Of a DNA stretch of 64,000 nucleotides, positions 27,931 through 43,089 are shown piece by piece. This DNA is from Chrysomallon squamiferum (lineage: Eukaryota > Animalia > Mollusca): the NCBI GenBank assembly GCA_012295275.1, contig CM022670.1, positions 2,542,001-2,606,000 of the forward strand, written 5' to 3'. The notes below the pieces were generated by a model. It was not told the origin of the DNA, did not search any database, and saw only the letters and a list, made by a program, of their open reading frames with translations. The position numbers and the translations under genes are program-made. The first letter of the stretch is position 1. Each line of letters starts with the position of its first letter.

Positions 27931-29598
27931 ACAGTCATATCCACTGAGTAATTTCCCATATTAGCCAAACTTAATGGTCATATAATCTATTCTCTTCAGA
28001 ATAGAGCATGTATAAAACCTAATATAAAACTATTTTAAACATTTTTTTTTAAATTCATTCTTTTTTTAATATTAGGTATCAAAGAAACTTTATTATTTTC
28101 TTAAAATCATGAACTTCCTCTCTCACTTATTTCAATTCAGCTGCCTACAATCCTATTCCATTCTATTTGTTGTTTTTAAAACATCATATTTCACACTGCC
28201 TAAACTTGCCCACATTCCCACTTCCACTTCTTTCCAATTTTTTTCTCTTGAAAACCAAGAATTTCACAGTAACTAAACATGCCCCCATCCCAACTTCCAT
28301 GTCACTCTTTTATTCTTTCAAATCACGACAACGTTCACATCTACATCTACCTACATCCCACTGCCATTCCTAAAAACCACATCCCTATATCTCTCCTTTC
28401 TGCACTTCTCCACATCTGGCGAAACACAAGCTGATTTATTTGATGCATGTAAACACAGATGTGTAACACTTCAGACTAGAACTGGCCTGTTCAAGCACTT
28501 TCAAAATAACATGCTTCACATCTCAATTTTTGCCTTTTTGCAAAACGGCCAGAGATCAATTGTAATATGTTTTCCATGTTAAAATGATTAGCAGTTGGTG
28601 ATACTGAGTGCAGTTGTCATTACAATCTGCTCGCACAATCAAAGGAAAGCTGTTGTAAATCTGTTTCTCGTATCAATTAAACGTTCATCATTTCACCAAA
28701 TACACCATTACACAAAGATATTCCGCAGTTTAGACTTGATGTAATATCAAAAACATTGCTTCGTATCAGCTAGCCTTGCTGTCAGGGTCACACGGGTTTT
28801 CTTTTACTCTGCCTGTCTATATCTGTCACCCTGTCAGATGTGTTTTATGTGTATTTATTTCAATTCAATTTTAATAAAGACCAATCAATTTTTATATAAT
28901 TTTAATTTTTTTTTTTTAGTCTTAATACAGTTTACATTTTTGCACTCAGGAATGTCTTAGAACATATTATTCTGTAAATCACTCAAATTACTGACAACTG
29001 ATTAGATACATGTATGAATCAGTAATGGGTCCTAATTCTATTTCCAATTCCAAACAATGCTCCACATATATAACAGACATTTACAATTGTTTTTCTGTCT
29101 AACTGAAAAGATCCCTAATTGATAAATGTAGTCCAGACATGAATAAACCTGAATTTTTCATTTGTAATTAAAGATTTGAATTCAAGAAAACTAAATAAAG
29201 TTTGAAAGTGTTTATAAATTTTTTTAAAAAGAAGAAAAGAATCAAACAAACATCTCTTTATGTTAATTTCTAATTATACATATAATGATTATAGTAGTAG
29301 TAACTGAATAAAGAAAAACAACAAAAAAGAAGAAGAAAAATCAATAAAAAAATTATATATCAAAAGAAATAATATATAAAAGATATTTCTGTAAACTTTA
29401 GGAAACATTTATTTGTGTAAGCAAAATCATAATCAATTTCACTGCAGTATGCTAACTTGTACAATCCTAATAAACAATAAAAAAATAAAAAAAAAAAAAC
29501 ACACTGTCTACACTAACCTTGCATGCTTCTGATCATTATGATGGTCCTTAGTGTGAGAAAAGCTCATAATTTAAAAGAGAAAAAGATTTAAAACTAAC

Positions 29599-29720
29599 CA
29601 TAGAGCCTTGGATCAAACTGATACTCCGACCCATCCAGCCTGCTTTTCTTCAGTTTCTCGATGGTTTCTGGACTGGCGTGGATAGATGGACTTCGTTTGG
29701 GGGGTCTGCCTGGACGTGCA
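29599..29720 (-). CDS. dac: Dachshund homolog, internal exon A (C-terminal end of DACHbox-N/DD1)
   Basis: Acceptor tttctttcag|, donor G|gttagt, 122 nt, phase 2 to 1. Encodes (S)ARPGRPPKRSPSIHASPETIEKLKKSRLDGSEYQFDPRLY(G). RPGRPPKR directly follows the Ski/Sno/Dac domain in Dachshund/DACH proteins. Confidence 0.93.
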
Positions 29721-30571
29721 CTGAAAGAAAGAAATAAAAATAATTTTAAAACACTTTCGACAGTAAAATTGATGACATTAAACTTATTTCTGGAAAGGTG
29801 CTTAGATGACCTTAACATTTACCAAAGCATCATCACGCATGTCTCCACATCAAATATTTTTTGTATAAAACAGAAAATAATAATAAACGATTGTAACAGA
29901 AATACCATCACTATTATTATTATTATGAGAATTTTACATAGAATTTTATTATTATTATTATTATTTAAATCATCATCCTAATTGGTAGATTTTAATGTTT
30001 TATAAGAATTTGGATTATTATTATTACTGTTGAATAATCTGTTTCCGTTATTTATGAAGATTTATGTAGGACAGCTCTTGTGCTAGACAATAAGAAAATG
30101 GAAGGGGGCTGGGGTGGGGTTTAATGAGATGATGATATAATTCGTGGCCTGTTTGTTTATTAAATTAACTTTGCTCAAACAAGCGGGTTGTGTGTCTTGA
30201 TTACAGGGGGAGAACATACAAAAATATTCACCAGCTAAAAGAAAGAAGATGAACGTAATCAAACATCAGAAAGTTCTAGAAGGCGCGGACTATTTGTGCA
30301 CGTGCTGCTAAAACGTGGCTATTATCGCTTAAATTGTTCGATTGACTGTCATTTTGTACGTGAAGTAGTTTTGCACATTATACTACTTCACGTATAAAAT
30401 GATTTTACCTATGTGAATTGTCTTCGTCTTCCATTTCAAATAAATACATGAGCATTTTCAAAGATCGAAATAGTAATTCCATTTTTTGTTCCTATTGTCT
30501 CCTTTTATGTCATTTCGATTTGACCAATCAAATTAAACCTTTCATGATAACAATACACAGCGATGGTTATG

Positions 30572-30618
<47 letters not shown>

Positions 30619-31943
30619 TTGTAACAAGAAAATCAAAGAAGCAAACAAATAAATGAATAATAACAGTCTGGATATAGAAATGGTGATTTTTCTCTTTTAT
30701 TGCTCTTATAATTAAAATAAAACAGTTCTGATAATTTTGTTAATATTTTATTGATGAATGAAATATTATTTAACAAATTACACATGCACATAAAGTATTT
30801 ATTTGTTATATGCTTGTATATTATTTATTTATTTTTTTTATTATTAATTAATTTTTTAAATTTATATACTTGCTTGTTTATACCATATATTTAGAAGGGT
30901 TCCAATATAGATAACAGGTTTATTTGTTTGTATGTTATTTGTTTTCTAAGCGTAATGAAATTATGATAGACAAGCTGTAATGATTTTGTTTTTAGTTTGA
31001 TTCAACTTTGCCAATTAATTTGCTAATATTATGCGAAATAAATTAAAATAAAAATCTGCTATGATTTTAATTTCAAATTGCGTACATTTTCATCATATCT
31101 TGTTTTATTTCGACATTTTTTTACTCATTTAATTCATATGTTCCAATTTTTCAAGCATATGTTTATACATATTTGAAAAATTGGATTCTGCGAGTAAGAA
31201 ATTTTTTATTTTTTTTTTACACACAGTACTAAGCATTTTCAAAAGAAAAACGTTGGTTAACTGTTACTTTTTAATTGTTGTGTTGTTGTTATTATTATTT
31301 ATTTTTTTTATTTATTTATTTATTTATTTATTATATCATTGTGTCTGTCTGTATGTCTGTTGTACTTATACATGCATGTGAGAACTTGCTCATAAATTTA
31401 TACCCTCATCATTATCTCATAACCATTATTTAAAACCCCCAAAAAAAAAAAAAATGTCTGAAAACGTATAGAAGTAGTTACAATAATAATTTCTGACTGG
31501 TCAGCCCATCTTTCACTAAGTCGTCTGAACAAATAATGGATGTCTTTAAGTATTGCGATTAAGTCCAAATCCTTTAGCGACGCCCCTCGCACCACTTCAT
31601 CTTAACGCCTATCAAGTTTACGACCACGACGTGCGAATCTGTTGAATCCCATTCAACAAGTTACGGCAACGTCTTTTTCAAAGAGAAGCTGCTATAAAAA
31701 TTGAGAAGGTAATGTCGGAATTGTGACAGGCGCACGCTAAGATCGAAGTAATTCGCGACGCGGTAATGAAACACGTTTGAGAAAGATCTTTAAGAAGTTT
31801 TGTGACGAGAGAGAAACACACACACAAACACATCCACACACACACATACATTATATACATATTAATAACAATGACAACCACAGTACATCAACAACAACAA
31901 CCACAACCACAACAATAACAACAACAACAACAACAACAACAAC

Positions 31944-31982
<39 letters not shown>

Positions 31983-32497
31983 TAGAAGAAGAAGAAGAAG
32001 AAGAACAAAAGAAAAAAGAAAAAAAAAAAAAAAGAAAAAAAAGAAAAGAAATGAAAAGAAAAGAAAGAAAGAAAACGAACAGTAAGCGATCTTCAAAAGC
32101 TACAAAGAACATTGTAGGAAATGTGATGTGACGGGGCATGAAAGATGAAATATGAATTTTCACGGCTTCCACACAAAGGGGTTAGCCAGGTGAAATCGGC
32201 AACTGAATTTGACAAACATGCAACTGACAAGACAGAGAAAAGTTCGCTGAGAAATCGGACACCTTCTCTCAACAGAGGGCTAATTGAATCCGTAATGAAT
32301 ATCAGCATAAAATATTCGTCAATGACAACGTCGGTGGTAAACGTCGAGTTTAAAATGTTACATATCTCGACAGTCACTTTGGTTCTATTTAGAGCTAGTG
32401 GTTTATTTAGCAAAATAATATATACATATATATATACATATATTAAAATTATCTTACGTTAACGAGGGTAGCAGAAAGTAGGGACAGGCAGTTAAAA

Positions 32498-32534
<37 letters not shown>

Positions 32535-32808
32535 AAAATAGAAAAAATGAAAAAATATTTTTTTGATTAATATTATTTCTCTAATTTTGATTTATTTATT
32601 TATTTATTTATTTTTCTAAAATAATGTTTTTATTTTTATTTTTATATACTAAAATATATATTGTTTTCTTTATTTATTTTTATTTTCTAAAATAATTTCA
32701 TTTTCATTCTTTCTTTATTTTTTTCTTGTTTCTCATCTTAAAAAACAACAACAAAACAAAGAAAACACGAAAGTTTTTATATATTTATTTATTATAGTTA
32801 GCTAGCTA

Positions 32809-32865
<57 letters not shown>

Positions 32866-33293
32866 TTATTTTATTTTATTTATTTTTTTTTTTTTTTTTT
32901 TTTTTAGGGACACAGATATAGAACTGGTAAAGACTATATGGATATAACTATTATTATTATATCGAATAATATTAAAATATATATTAAATAAAACGATTAA
33001 AAAGGATAATAATTTATGAAAAAAGCAACATGAAAATAAAAAAAAAGAATCATTCCAAACATAGTTAAACACAATGTTCAGTTGTTTGTTATATCGTGCT
33101 TAAAATCCTGAACACGAAAACACGAGTAGTTTTCAATGATTACACGTCAGCAAAACACAATGGAACCAACAGGCGCTTAGTCCATTTAGAGTTATTATTA
33201 AAAAATTTTGTAGCTGTCTACTCTCTTTTTGAAAACTCCTTTCCCTCTTTTGTCCTTTTTCATATTTACAAAAGCCACAGTTAATTCTTTTTT

Positions 33294-33369
33294 AGCGCAT
33301 CTGTATCTAAATAGATGGCGCTCGTGTATCTCATAGTTGTCGCTCGTGCATCTGAGATAGATGGCGCTC
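33294..33369 (+). promoter_or_regulatory. Cluster of CTCF-core-like motifs
   Basis: TAGATGGCGCTC at 33312 and 33358, variant TAGTTGTCGCTC at 33334. Confidence 0.4.
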
Positions 33370-33747
33370 TTCCACTTCAATAGCCATTCTGACATCCGTT
33401 TTTGATTTTGTATACAGCCAGCCGAGAAGAAACCTACTCTGTCACTCGATCTTATAATTGCAGAGGAACGTTTGACACATTTTATTTTAATAGCTTTTTC
33501 ACATTGTCCCATTCTCGTGTCGTTTCCTCATAAAATCCGTCATCAAAGGATCGCTTTGTATGTGATCTGAGCGGCATTCGCTATCTTTTGAATTGAAAAC
33601 ATCGCTGTTAAAAAACTTCGGAGATAACTTTAGTTAAAACGAGCGTAGGTTTTTAGTGCAAATGCTTATCAGAAACAGATAACGAACATAAGTTTCAAAA
33701 AAAAAAAAAAATATGATAGTAATAATATAATAAAAAGTTTACCAATA

Positions 33748-33781
<34 letters not shown>

Positions 33782-35093
33782 AAAAGACAGACAAAGAAAG
33801 AATGAAATGAAGATGAGTACGATACAGAATGAACACTAAATCTAAGTAAATAAAAAATTAAAATAGTAAATAAAAAATTAAAAAAAACGATATCCAAAAA
33901 AAAAAAAAAAAAAATTATAAAAAAAATAAAAAACCCATCAACGACGGCGACGTGTCGTCAGCAGCAGTAACAACAACAAAATGACGCCAAAAAAAAAATG
34001 AAAAGGACCTAATTGAATTCTCAGTTGTTTCCAACAAAGGCTGTGAAAGAATAACGCCAGAACTAACAACATTATTACCCTGACTGAACAGAACACAGCT
34101 TTGAACTGTAACATTAGTAACTAACTAGGAAGTTACCCTCAGTATATTACAGAACAAAAGTACATTTTTTTTTTCAGAAGTTTTCATATCGAAATTAAAA
34201 CGTCTACTGTAAGAATAACCCTTTGAATCTTCAATCTGTGACACTCAGAAAACTTTTTTTTATCAGTCAGCTGTCTTTAAACTTTAAAAAACAAACAAAA
34301 ACACATCAACGAACTGGACAAAGAAAAAAAAATCTGAAACGGTCATTGAAAAAAAGAGATCATATTTCCTAGTTTTCTAGATATCTCTTACACCTACAAA
34401 GTCGATTTCAATAGGTGTTTCTGTCTTTCTTCTCATTTTAATCAATTCGCATCGAAACCCCTCTCCGCTGGGTTCAAACCTAGTTTACACACGATTCCGA
34501 CAAGATGTTGTAGGCTGTTAAACTTTTAACTGCGAATCTCATTCTATTTAGCTCAATCAGGAAGATATATATATATATATATATATATGTTTTTTTATTT
34601 CGTTTCATTCGCCTCCGTGCTGTCTGCGCGTGTTTTGTTCAGCGGTTGCCGGTTTGTTCAGTATCGGCAGAATCAACAGTTGACACACAGGCGTGAAAAC
34701 AACAGTGTTTGAGTCGACGACAAAAGAACGAAAATTGTAACAAACACCGGCCTTTGAGTCCTTTCCTTTGGCTTGATTCCGTCTCTTAGGCTCGCAGTGT
34801 CTGTCGTACCCGGAGTATCACGTTAACTGATTTTATTAACCTCTTAAATTAGGTTTGTATTGTTGCGGGTATTAACACCAAGAAAACACAGATCTCATCC
34901 CTTTCAGAGTCCATGAGCCTTGCGTGAGACGGCGTGAGATCCGACGTGAAATAAACAGCAGGTAAACTTAATAACAAAAGGTGCATAGGAAACTGTCCTC
35001 AGAAAAAAACACACACAAAAAACCCCCCAACAAATCCAATTTTTTTTGAAGATACGACTTCTTTTGTATAATGAATAAATGGTAATTTTGAAA

Positions 35094-35129
<36 letters not shown>

Positions 35130-35989
35130 TTATTACTATTATTACTATTATTATTATCAGTATTAACATTATCGTTAGTATTATTATTATTATGTTACAA
35201 AGGAAATGTATGTATGTTTCTGTGTTCGTTTATTTACATACTAATATGCGTACGTGCGTGTCAGAGCTATAACAAGTGTATAATGTTAGTCAGTAATTCA
35301 AGATGGGGATCAATTAAAGATTTAATCCATTTATCAGTAACTGTATCACTGCTGACAAACAGAACACATACAGCAAAAATAATAAACATAACATCAACGA
35401 CAACAATGTTTATAAGTAAATAACTAAACAAACAAACAAGCAGGCAAGCAAATAAATAAATAAATAAATAAATAAATACATAAATAAATAAATAAATACA
35501 TAAATAAATAAATAAATGAATAAGTTGAATAAATAAATAAAGCGATAGATAAATAGACAGATAAATAGATAGACAGGTAAATAGATAAATAAATAGACAA
35601 ATAAACAAACACAAACATTTAAAAGAATTGACAGATACCCCACACATACATACACAACCTATACTTACGAATATCAATATATATATTATGCAATGATAAT
35701 ATTGAAATTATAGTATAAAGTAACACTCCTTGTATTTGTGTATATTTCTGTGTTTGTTTGAGAGTATATGATGTGTATTTACGTACGTGTGTATCGTAGG
35801 TGTATCGTATCATAGGTGTATCATAGGTGTATCGGTGTATACGTTAGTCACTAGTTCAAGACAGGGATCAGTATTGTAATTATACAGTTTGAATTCTTTT
35901 ATCACGAAGAAAAAACCATATTACACAAACTGTTTTTATATTTTAAAAATTAAAAGATTAGTCTTAATATAAAATTTATTGGATATTAA

Positions 35990-36155
35990 TACATTTAGAC
36001 TTCATGCTGCATTTAGTCTTGATCCAATATTTATATTTTATGTAATATTTAGATTAGATATTACGTTTAAATTTGACATAAAATTTTAGAGTTCATGTAA
36101 CATTTAAACTTGATACGACATTTAAATTTGATATAAAGTTAATGTTACATTTTGA
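35990..36155. repeat. About 17-bp degenerate minisatellite
   Basis: Repeated ACATTTARAYTTSAT-like units. Confidence 0.6.
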
Positions 36156-37302
36156 TTTGCACCTAGGCCATATAATGATAAATACAAATAACTATTAAAA
36201 TAACTTTTTCTGAAATTACTGCTGAAACAGTATGATGAAAACGGACAAATAAAAGTTAAAACAAAGGAAGCAAGAAAGACGAAAGAAAATAGAAAAATGA
36301 AATACGAAAGAATAAAGGAAGGACGAACCGAGAAAGAATAATATTCACGGAAAAAAAAAAGAGTAGGGAATAAAGCTTCTTAAAAAAAATTAATAATAAT
36401 AAAAAGACGAAAAAAAACCCCAAAATCCCAAAACCAAAAACAAATAACCCCCCCAAAACAACAAGAAAAAAGCAAAAACAACAAAAACAATAAACAACAA
36501 GAAAAAAACAAAAACAACAACAATAATAATAATAATAATAAAACAAATAAATAAAGAACAAACGAAAGTATGAAAAAGAAATTAAGAAAGAACAAACAGC
36601 GGATAAACAAAGCAAGTCAAAAATCATTTTAAAAAGAATAAATAAAAATAAAAAAATAACAAAAATAAAAAATAACAAAACAAAAGAACGACGGGTAAAA
36701 ACGTGAATGCGCAGGTGTATATTAAACACCCACTATTTATACAGCTAAACCACTTGAAAAATAGTTTTTCTATTGTCTCAGTCAGACTTTCTTATTTTAC
36801 TCATTTTTTTTTTTTCTTTTTTTCTCTCTCTTTTTTCTTCTTTTCTATGTTTAAACATCACAGCGGAAAAACAAACAGAGCTATTAATCACCGAACAGAC
36901 GTATCAAATATCCGATCACTGACGGGACTGTTCTCCGAGAGTGTATCGCCATTGGAGGCGAAACAGTCGAATCAAAGAGTTTACGGAATTTTCCGGTCGG
37001 TGGCGAGAGGCGCAGATATATCTGGCGTTTCGTCATTACCTGGGTGCCGGATTACGCCGGCCGCCAATTGCGTTAGTGGCTCGGAAATAATGCCAGAGTG
37101 ACGCACCCGCTCAACCCTGCAGCGAGTTCGTGTGTTACTGTTCGAAAAAAACACTGGTTAAAAGTCGCTATCAGTTGCAGGCAAGTAAACGAATCCAGGA
37201 TAAAAGCGAAAAGTTACGAAAGCAACAATGAACGTTCGAAGCGTACGTGCGTGAAACGGTGTCGCTGTGGCATCGTGGTCCCGATCGCCAACGTCGTTAG
37301 AG

Positions 37303-37350
<48 letters not shown>

Positions 37351-37511
37351 CAATAAAAACTGCAGTAGAGCGCATAAACACACATTTATAAATAATTCAT
37401 TTTTATATGTAAATATTTATATATAATTCTGTAAGTATAAATGCAGACAAACATTATTACATACATACATAAAAACATATACAGATAAATACATACCTAT
37501 GTACATACGAT

Positions 37512-37682
<171 letters not shown>

Positions 37683-38439
37683 TGGTAAACTCACAGCGAC
37701 TAACAGACATTCAATTTCTTTTGTCGTGTACTAATCTCGTTTTCATATATTCATAATGATATTAATTATATACCTTTTTTCTTTTTCTTTTTTTTTTTTC
37801 TTTTCTTTTTTTTTTTCAAGTCCTTCTTTAATTAAAAGCCGAGGGAAATAAATTTTCTAATACCATGCAAAACGGTCGTTAAAACCAATGAATAAGAAAT
37901 ATGAAACAGCAGACAGTGAAATTCGTAAATCATCGAGATGCGATTTCGCACACAACACGAAATAATTGGCAAGCCCATGAATTAATTTTCCTTGCTGATT
38001 ATGAACTGATATGAAAATAATTGAATTCCGTCAGAGACACGGGGGACAGGACAGCCGACGTCGTGTTTTATTGCGGAACACACAGACGGCCACTCGGATG
38101 GAACATTTATTTTCCGATCCGAGAGACGGTCGAGTTTGTATTGTTTATTGCAGATTGTAACGAGTAATTTATGATTTGAAAGGTAGTTCTCGTATGCGAT
38201 GGAGAAAAAGATTACGGTGGTTTGTTCCGTTATATGAGTTCGTTAATAGCCTGCCATCCGTCTTCGTATTTTATGATGTTCGAATTAACCGATGATCTTC
38301 GAGTTGAAGAAGTCACAGAGGAGATGTATTGGTTTTGTTTTTAATGTCGTCATAAACCAATTTTGTAAATACCTTTGAAGAAAAACACGATGTAATTGCA
38401 ACTTCTTTTAGCCATCTCTGGACTTTTTGTTGCAGTTGA

Positions 38440-38479
<40 letters not shown>

Positions 38480-39231
38480 GTAGATGTATGTATGTATGTA
38501 TGTATGTGTGAATGTATGTTTCAGATAATATATTTATATATAATGTGTGCATGCATGTATAATTCGTTTAATCGAAGACAAAAAAAGGCCATTTAATTTA
38601 ATATGCTTTCCATAACCCTAAATATCTAATTTACTTATTGTAAATATGCAGTAAACCAATATCGATTTTTACTACATTATAATGTCCTATTACAAATTAA
38701 ATATTTTAAAATATCGATTATTGAACCATTTTTGTTAGTAAATGACCGACGAACGTTTGCTTATTATGACAAAAAATAAATAAATATTAAGTATATATAT
38801 AAAAAAATCAAACAATAAAAGGAAACAACAATAACAACAACAACAACAACAAAACGCCACTAAGAAATGCCCCCCCAAAAAAAAAAAGCCGTTACGATGA
38901 TATAAAGTGAAGACATTTACGAAATCAAATCCGAAAAATATCGTTAATTTCCGTATTAGCGATACTCACGGAAATGCACGACTTTTTGCAGTAATATCAA
39001 TAATAACCCTGCTAATCAAATGATAAAATGTTGTTTTTTAAGAACTAATATATCTAAAGTAGATTTCCTTCTATGCAAAACACCAACAACAAAAACTTAC
39101 TATGATAGATTTAATTGATAATATTAATATTTATAAATATATATTATGATTTCGATAAAGCAATATCTGTATAAAAAATGATCGCAACAAGTCTATTTGA
39201 CTTTAGCAGTTTCGAAACAATTATTTCTAGT

Positions 39232-39283
<52 letters not shown>

Positions 39284-41585
39284 TTATGGGAAAAAAAAGA
39301 AAAAGGAATAGAAGCATAAACTGTGGTATTATTTCAACAGGTTCGATATTTATTATAAGCAAACAAAGCAAAACACAGGATGACAAAGTTTAGCAAAGTA
39401 CAGCCAATATAATACAAACGTAAAACGTAAAATAAAAATAAAGAAACGAAAAGCAGTGTAAAGTAATCTAGAGTGAACTAAATCAGTAATTTTGGCACCA
39501 GTTATAACAACGCATTTATAAATAATTAAAAAAAGAGAATAAAACAAACATTTATATTTTTTCAAACAGTATTCTGTTATTTTAGTAAACATATTATTTG
39601 CTACAGCAGTCCATATTTCAACCAGAATCACAGCGACAAAAGAGAGAGACAGAGAAAACAACAGTGTTACGCCGTGCATGGGAAGTAACGGTCTATTTAG
39701 TTTGTCTGTTTTTGGGTGGCGCAGCTGGCGATTTTTTTCTTCTTCTTTTTTTTTTACCCCATGTTTTTTTCTCCCTGACCAACCAGTGTCATTTGACCCA
39801 AACGCACGTCTTAATTTGACCACCAATCCATTAAGGCCAAACATATTAAGGCTCTGAAGCTATTATCATCAACAAATATCAATTTGACCAAACATCTTTC
39901 ACGTATTCTATAGGGATAAGTCCCACTGTCATGTAGCTAATTTCACAGTGCGTGAGTATACACACAAGCATAACCCCAGCCGCCCTGGGGGTCAAGGGTT
40001 GCCGAGGGTGTTGAGGTTAGGCTTGGGACCCGTCAGGTCACGACCTCTCCCAGACAAAGGTGATGCGATGCATATAACGCAGATAGTATAATGAATTTCC
40101 ACCTTCAATGGGAATCGCATCCCCTTGACAGTAAGTCAAGAACCCATTCGTTTTGGGCCGTTCACTGCTTAACGAAGCCAGACAGTGAAAGAATAGAAAC
40201 AGACAGAGAGAGAGAACAAAAAATATGATTGCTAGGGCCAATTGTTTAAAAAAAATATGCAGCTTTGAATTGTCTCGTGTATGATATGCGTATGAGGATG
40301 TCCCCGCCTAACAAATAAATGAGATATTGTTGTATATTCATATCAAATGTTGCACCTGGCATATATTTTCCCACTGGGTCGAATTCTGTTTGTTGATTTA
40401 TATTCAGTCTGAACAGTCAAATGTCGCAGAAGGATTCTCTTATTGTGATTTTTTGTGGGAAATTTCTTTCGTATTTTTTTTTTTTTTTTTAAATAGAATT
40501 TACGGACGCAGATCGGAAAATATTTTGAATGAAAAGGCGAAGAGTGGCGGTTTACAGATACTGTTTCATATTGATTATAAGGAAAAAGAAATGAAAGAAC
40601 ATGAAATGAAATGAAATGAAATAAAATGAAATAAAACCGAATGAAATAAAATAAAATAAAATAAAATAAAATAAAATAAAATAAAATGAAATAAAACCAA
40701 ATAAAATAAAAATGAAATAAAATAAAATGCAATAAAAATAAACTGAAATCAAATGAGATAAAATAGTGACAGTCTGTTTTTAATGTTTTGTTATATTTAT
40801 TTCGTTCATTCATTCTTTCTTTCATTTATCCTTCCGTTCGTCCATTTCTTTCTTTGTGCAATTTATTTTTCTTGTTATTATTATTATACTTTAAACAAAA
40901 TTCAGTTGTCAAGGACAAATCATTTATTTAAACCTTAGTACACTTCAACTGCAAATATTTTCTTTTTTTTATCTTTCTTTCTGTCTTTTCTCTTCCTTCC
41001 TTCCATTTTGTTTCTTTATTCTTTACTTCCTTCTTTCACGTCTATCTTTCTTTTGTTCCTTCTTTCGTTTTGCCGTTATTATTATTAATATTATTTTTTT
41101 TTTTAACTTTTTTTCCTGCAGTTGCCTTTTTTTTTTTTTTTTTTTCATTCGTTCTCTTTCTCTCGCTCTTCATATCAATTGACACATTAGGTATGCAACG
41201 TTTAAACACGGTGAAAGGTCTCGTGTATATCGAATGTACAAACACCGCCTTCATTTAACGACTTTTTAATATTATGTAGAGTTAGCAAGGAGTAAACTTT
41301 GTTTGATGGGACGCATGTTTTACTGCGTGTTTGAATACACAGACTATTCAGTGTAAATAGAACGCCCCTGTATCAGAGATCATACGGTATTAGCGGGGAA
41401 ACGTGGTTTTTTGTTTTTTTTTTTTTTTTTTTTTTTTTAAAGGAAAAAAGACTTAATGCAGTTGTATATATAATAAAGTTTTTGGTGATAGTTTTATTTT
41501 AATTTAGGGTAAAATGCAAGTTAAATCCTATCTATGATAACTTGCAGGAAAACATATGATGAATATGATGATGATGATGATGATG

Positions 41586-41639
<54 letters not shown>

Positions 41640-42588
41640 GTTGTTGTTTTTTTTTATTTTTATTATTATTGTTATTGTTATTAGTATTATTTTATTACTA
41701 TTATTACTGTTGTTCTTGTAATTATTATTATTATTATTATTATATGTTTACTTCTTTGATTATTTCTTTCTTTGTCTATTTATATGTTGTTGATGTTTTA
41801 TTAATATTGCTACTGAACAACATCTACTTTATCTACAGAAAATCTTCAGTTTTTACGCCTAATTTCAAAAACTATATAGACAGATTAAAAAGTGCTAACA
41901 GAAAATGAGTAAATAAGTAATTAAGTTAGTAAGTAAGTCAGTAAATATTTAAATAGGTACATAAATAAATAAGAACAACATGAAGAAGATGAAGAAAAAC
42001 AAGAAGAACAAGCGAAGAAAAAGAAATAAAAGTAAGAAAAATGTCAGATGTATTTATTCATTTACTTTATTTTATTTTATTATATTTATTTATTTATTTA
42101 TTTATTTATTTATTATTATTTATTATTTATTTATTTTTTTTTTTAATAATAATTTTAAATTTTTATTTATTTTTTTTTATTTTTTTATGTTTTTTTTTAA
42201 ATGCTTTTTAGAATTTTTTTTTTTTTTTTTTTTTTAAATGCTTATAACTTTTATTTTCACTCTTTCATTTTTAAATAGTACGACACGTTTTCAAAACGAA
42301 AGTAGTTAGATGAAAAGTTGAAAAGCCCATTTACTGAGAAGTCACTTTCCGAGTGCTTTTCAGCGCTACGTCGGACCTCACGGCACAGTCATTGAGAAAA
42401 ATCGATAAGCGGTAGTAGATCATGCCATCAACGTATTCTGCATAATCGTGTCCGTAAAGATTTATTAATTAATTAAACACTTCAAGTTAAGCTTGAAATT
42501 TGTCAACTTGTGAATTAGCGACAGGCACAAAGATAGATTCAAAAATATATATCAGTTAAGCTTTTTTAAAATTAATTTTTAATTAATT

Positions 42589-42626
<38 letters not shown>

Positions 42627-43058
42627 CGAGAAGTCAGTAATGGAAATAGGGATGGATTAAAAGAGAAATTTCAACTTTTATAGAAACCGACAGATTTACA
42701 GATAAGCATAGCCGAAGAAGGAAGGAAAGAAAATGGAAAAATGGACGAACGAACGACGAAGTGGGTAAATCAACAATAAAACGAAGACAGCCTCAAGGAG
42801 CGAATCTGTGATTTCTGAAATGGGGATTGACGTTATTAAATTTTTTGTTTTTAAATTTGATTGGCTAATTTCAGTGGGAGTGAACATTGGTTGCTCCGCC
42901 CCTGGATCAACATTCATATTAACGACAAATTAAATATCACAGATTATTTCAAATTAAACAATAAGGTTTTTATATCTACTTCATATCAGTTTGAAAAATT
43001 GTCAAACCGAAATAATTAATAAGTAAAGGTATGTGGTTTATTAAAAATGAATGAAAAA

Positions 43059-43089
<31 letters not shown>

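Noticed and set aside
36703-37391. Plus-strand 132-aa and 97-aa ORFs
   Set aside because: They include poly-F and poly-N repeat tracts and lack recognisable homology. They are more likely a non-coding CpG-rich block.
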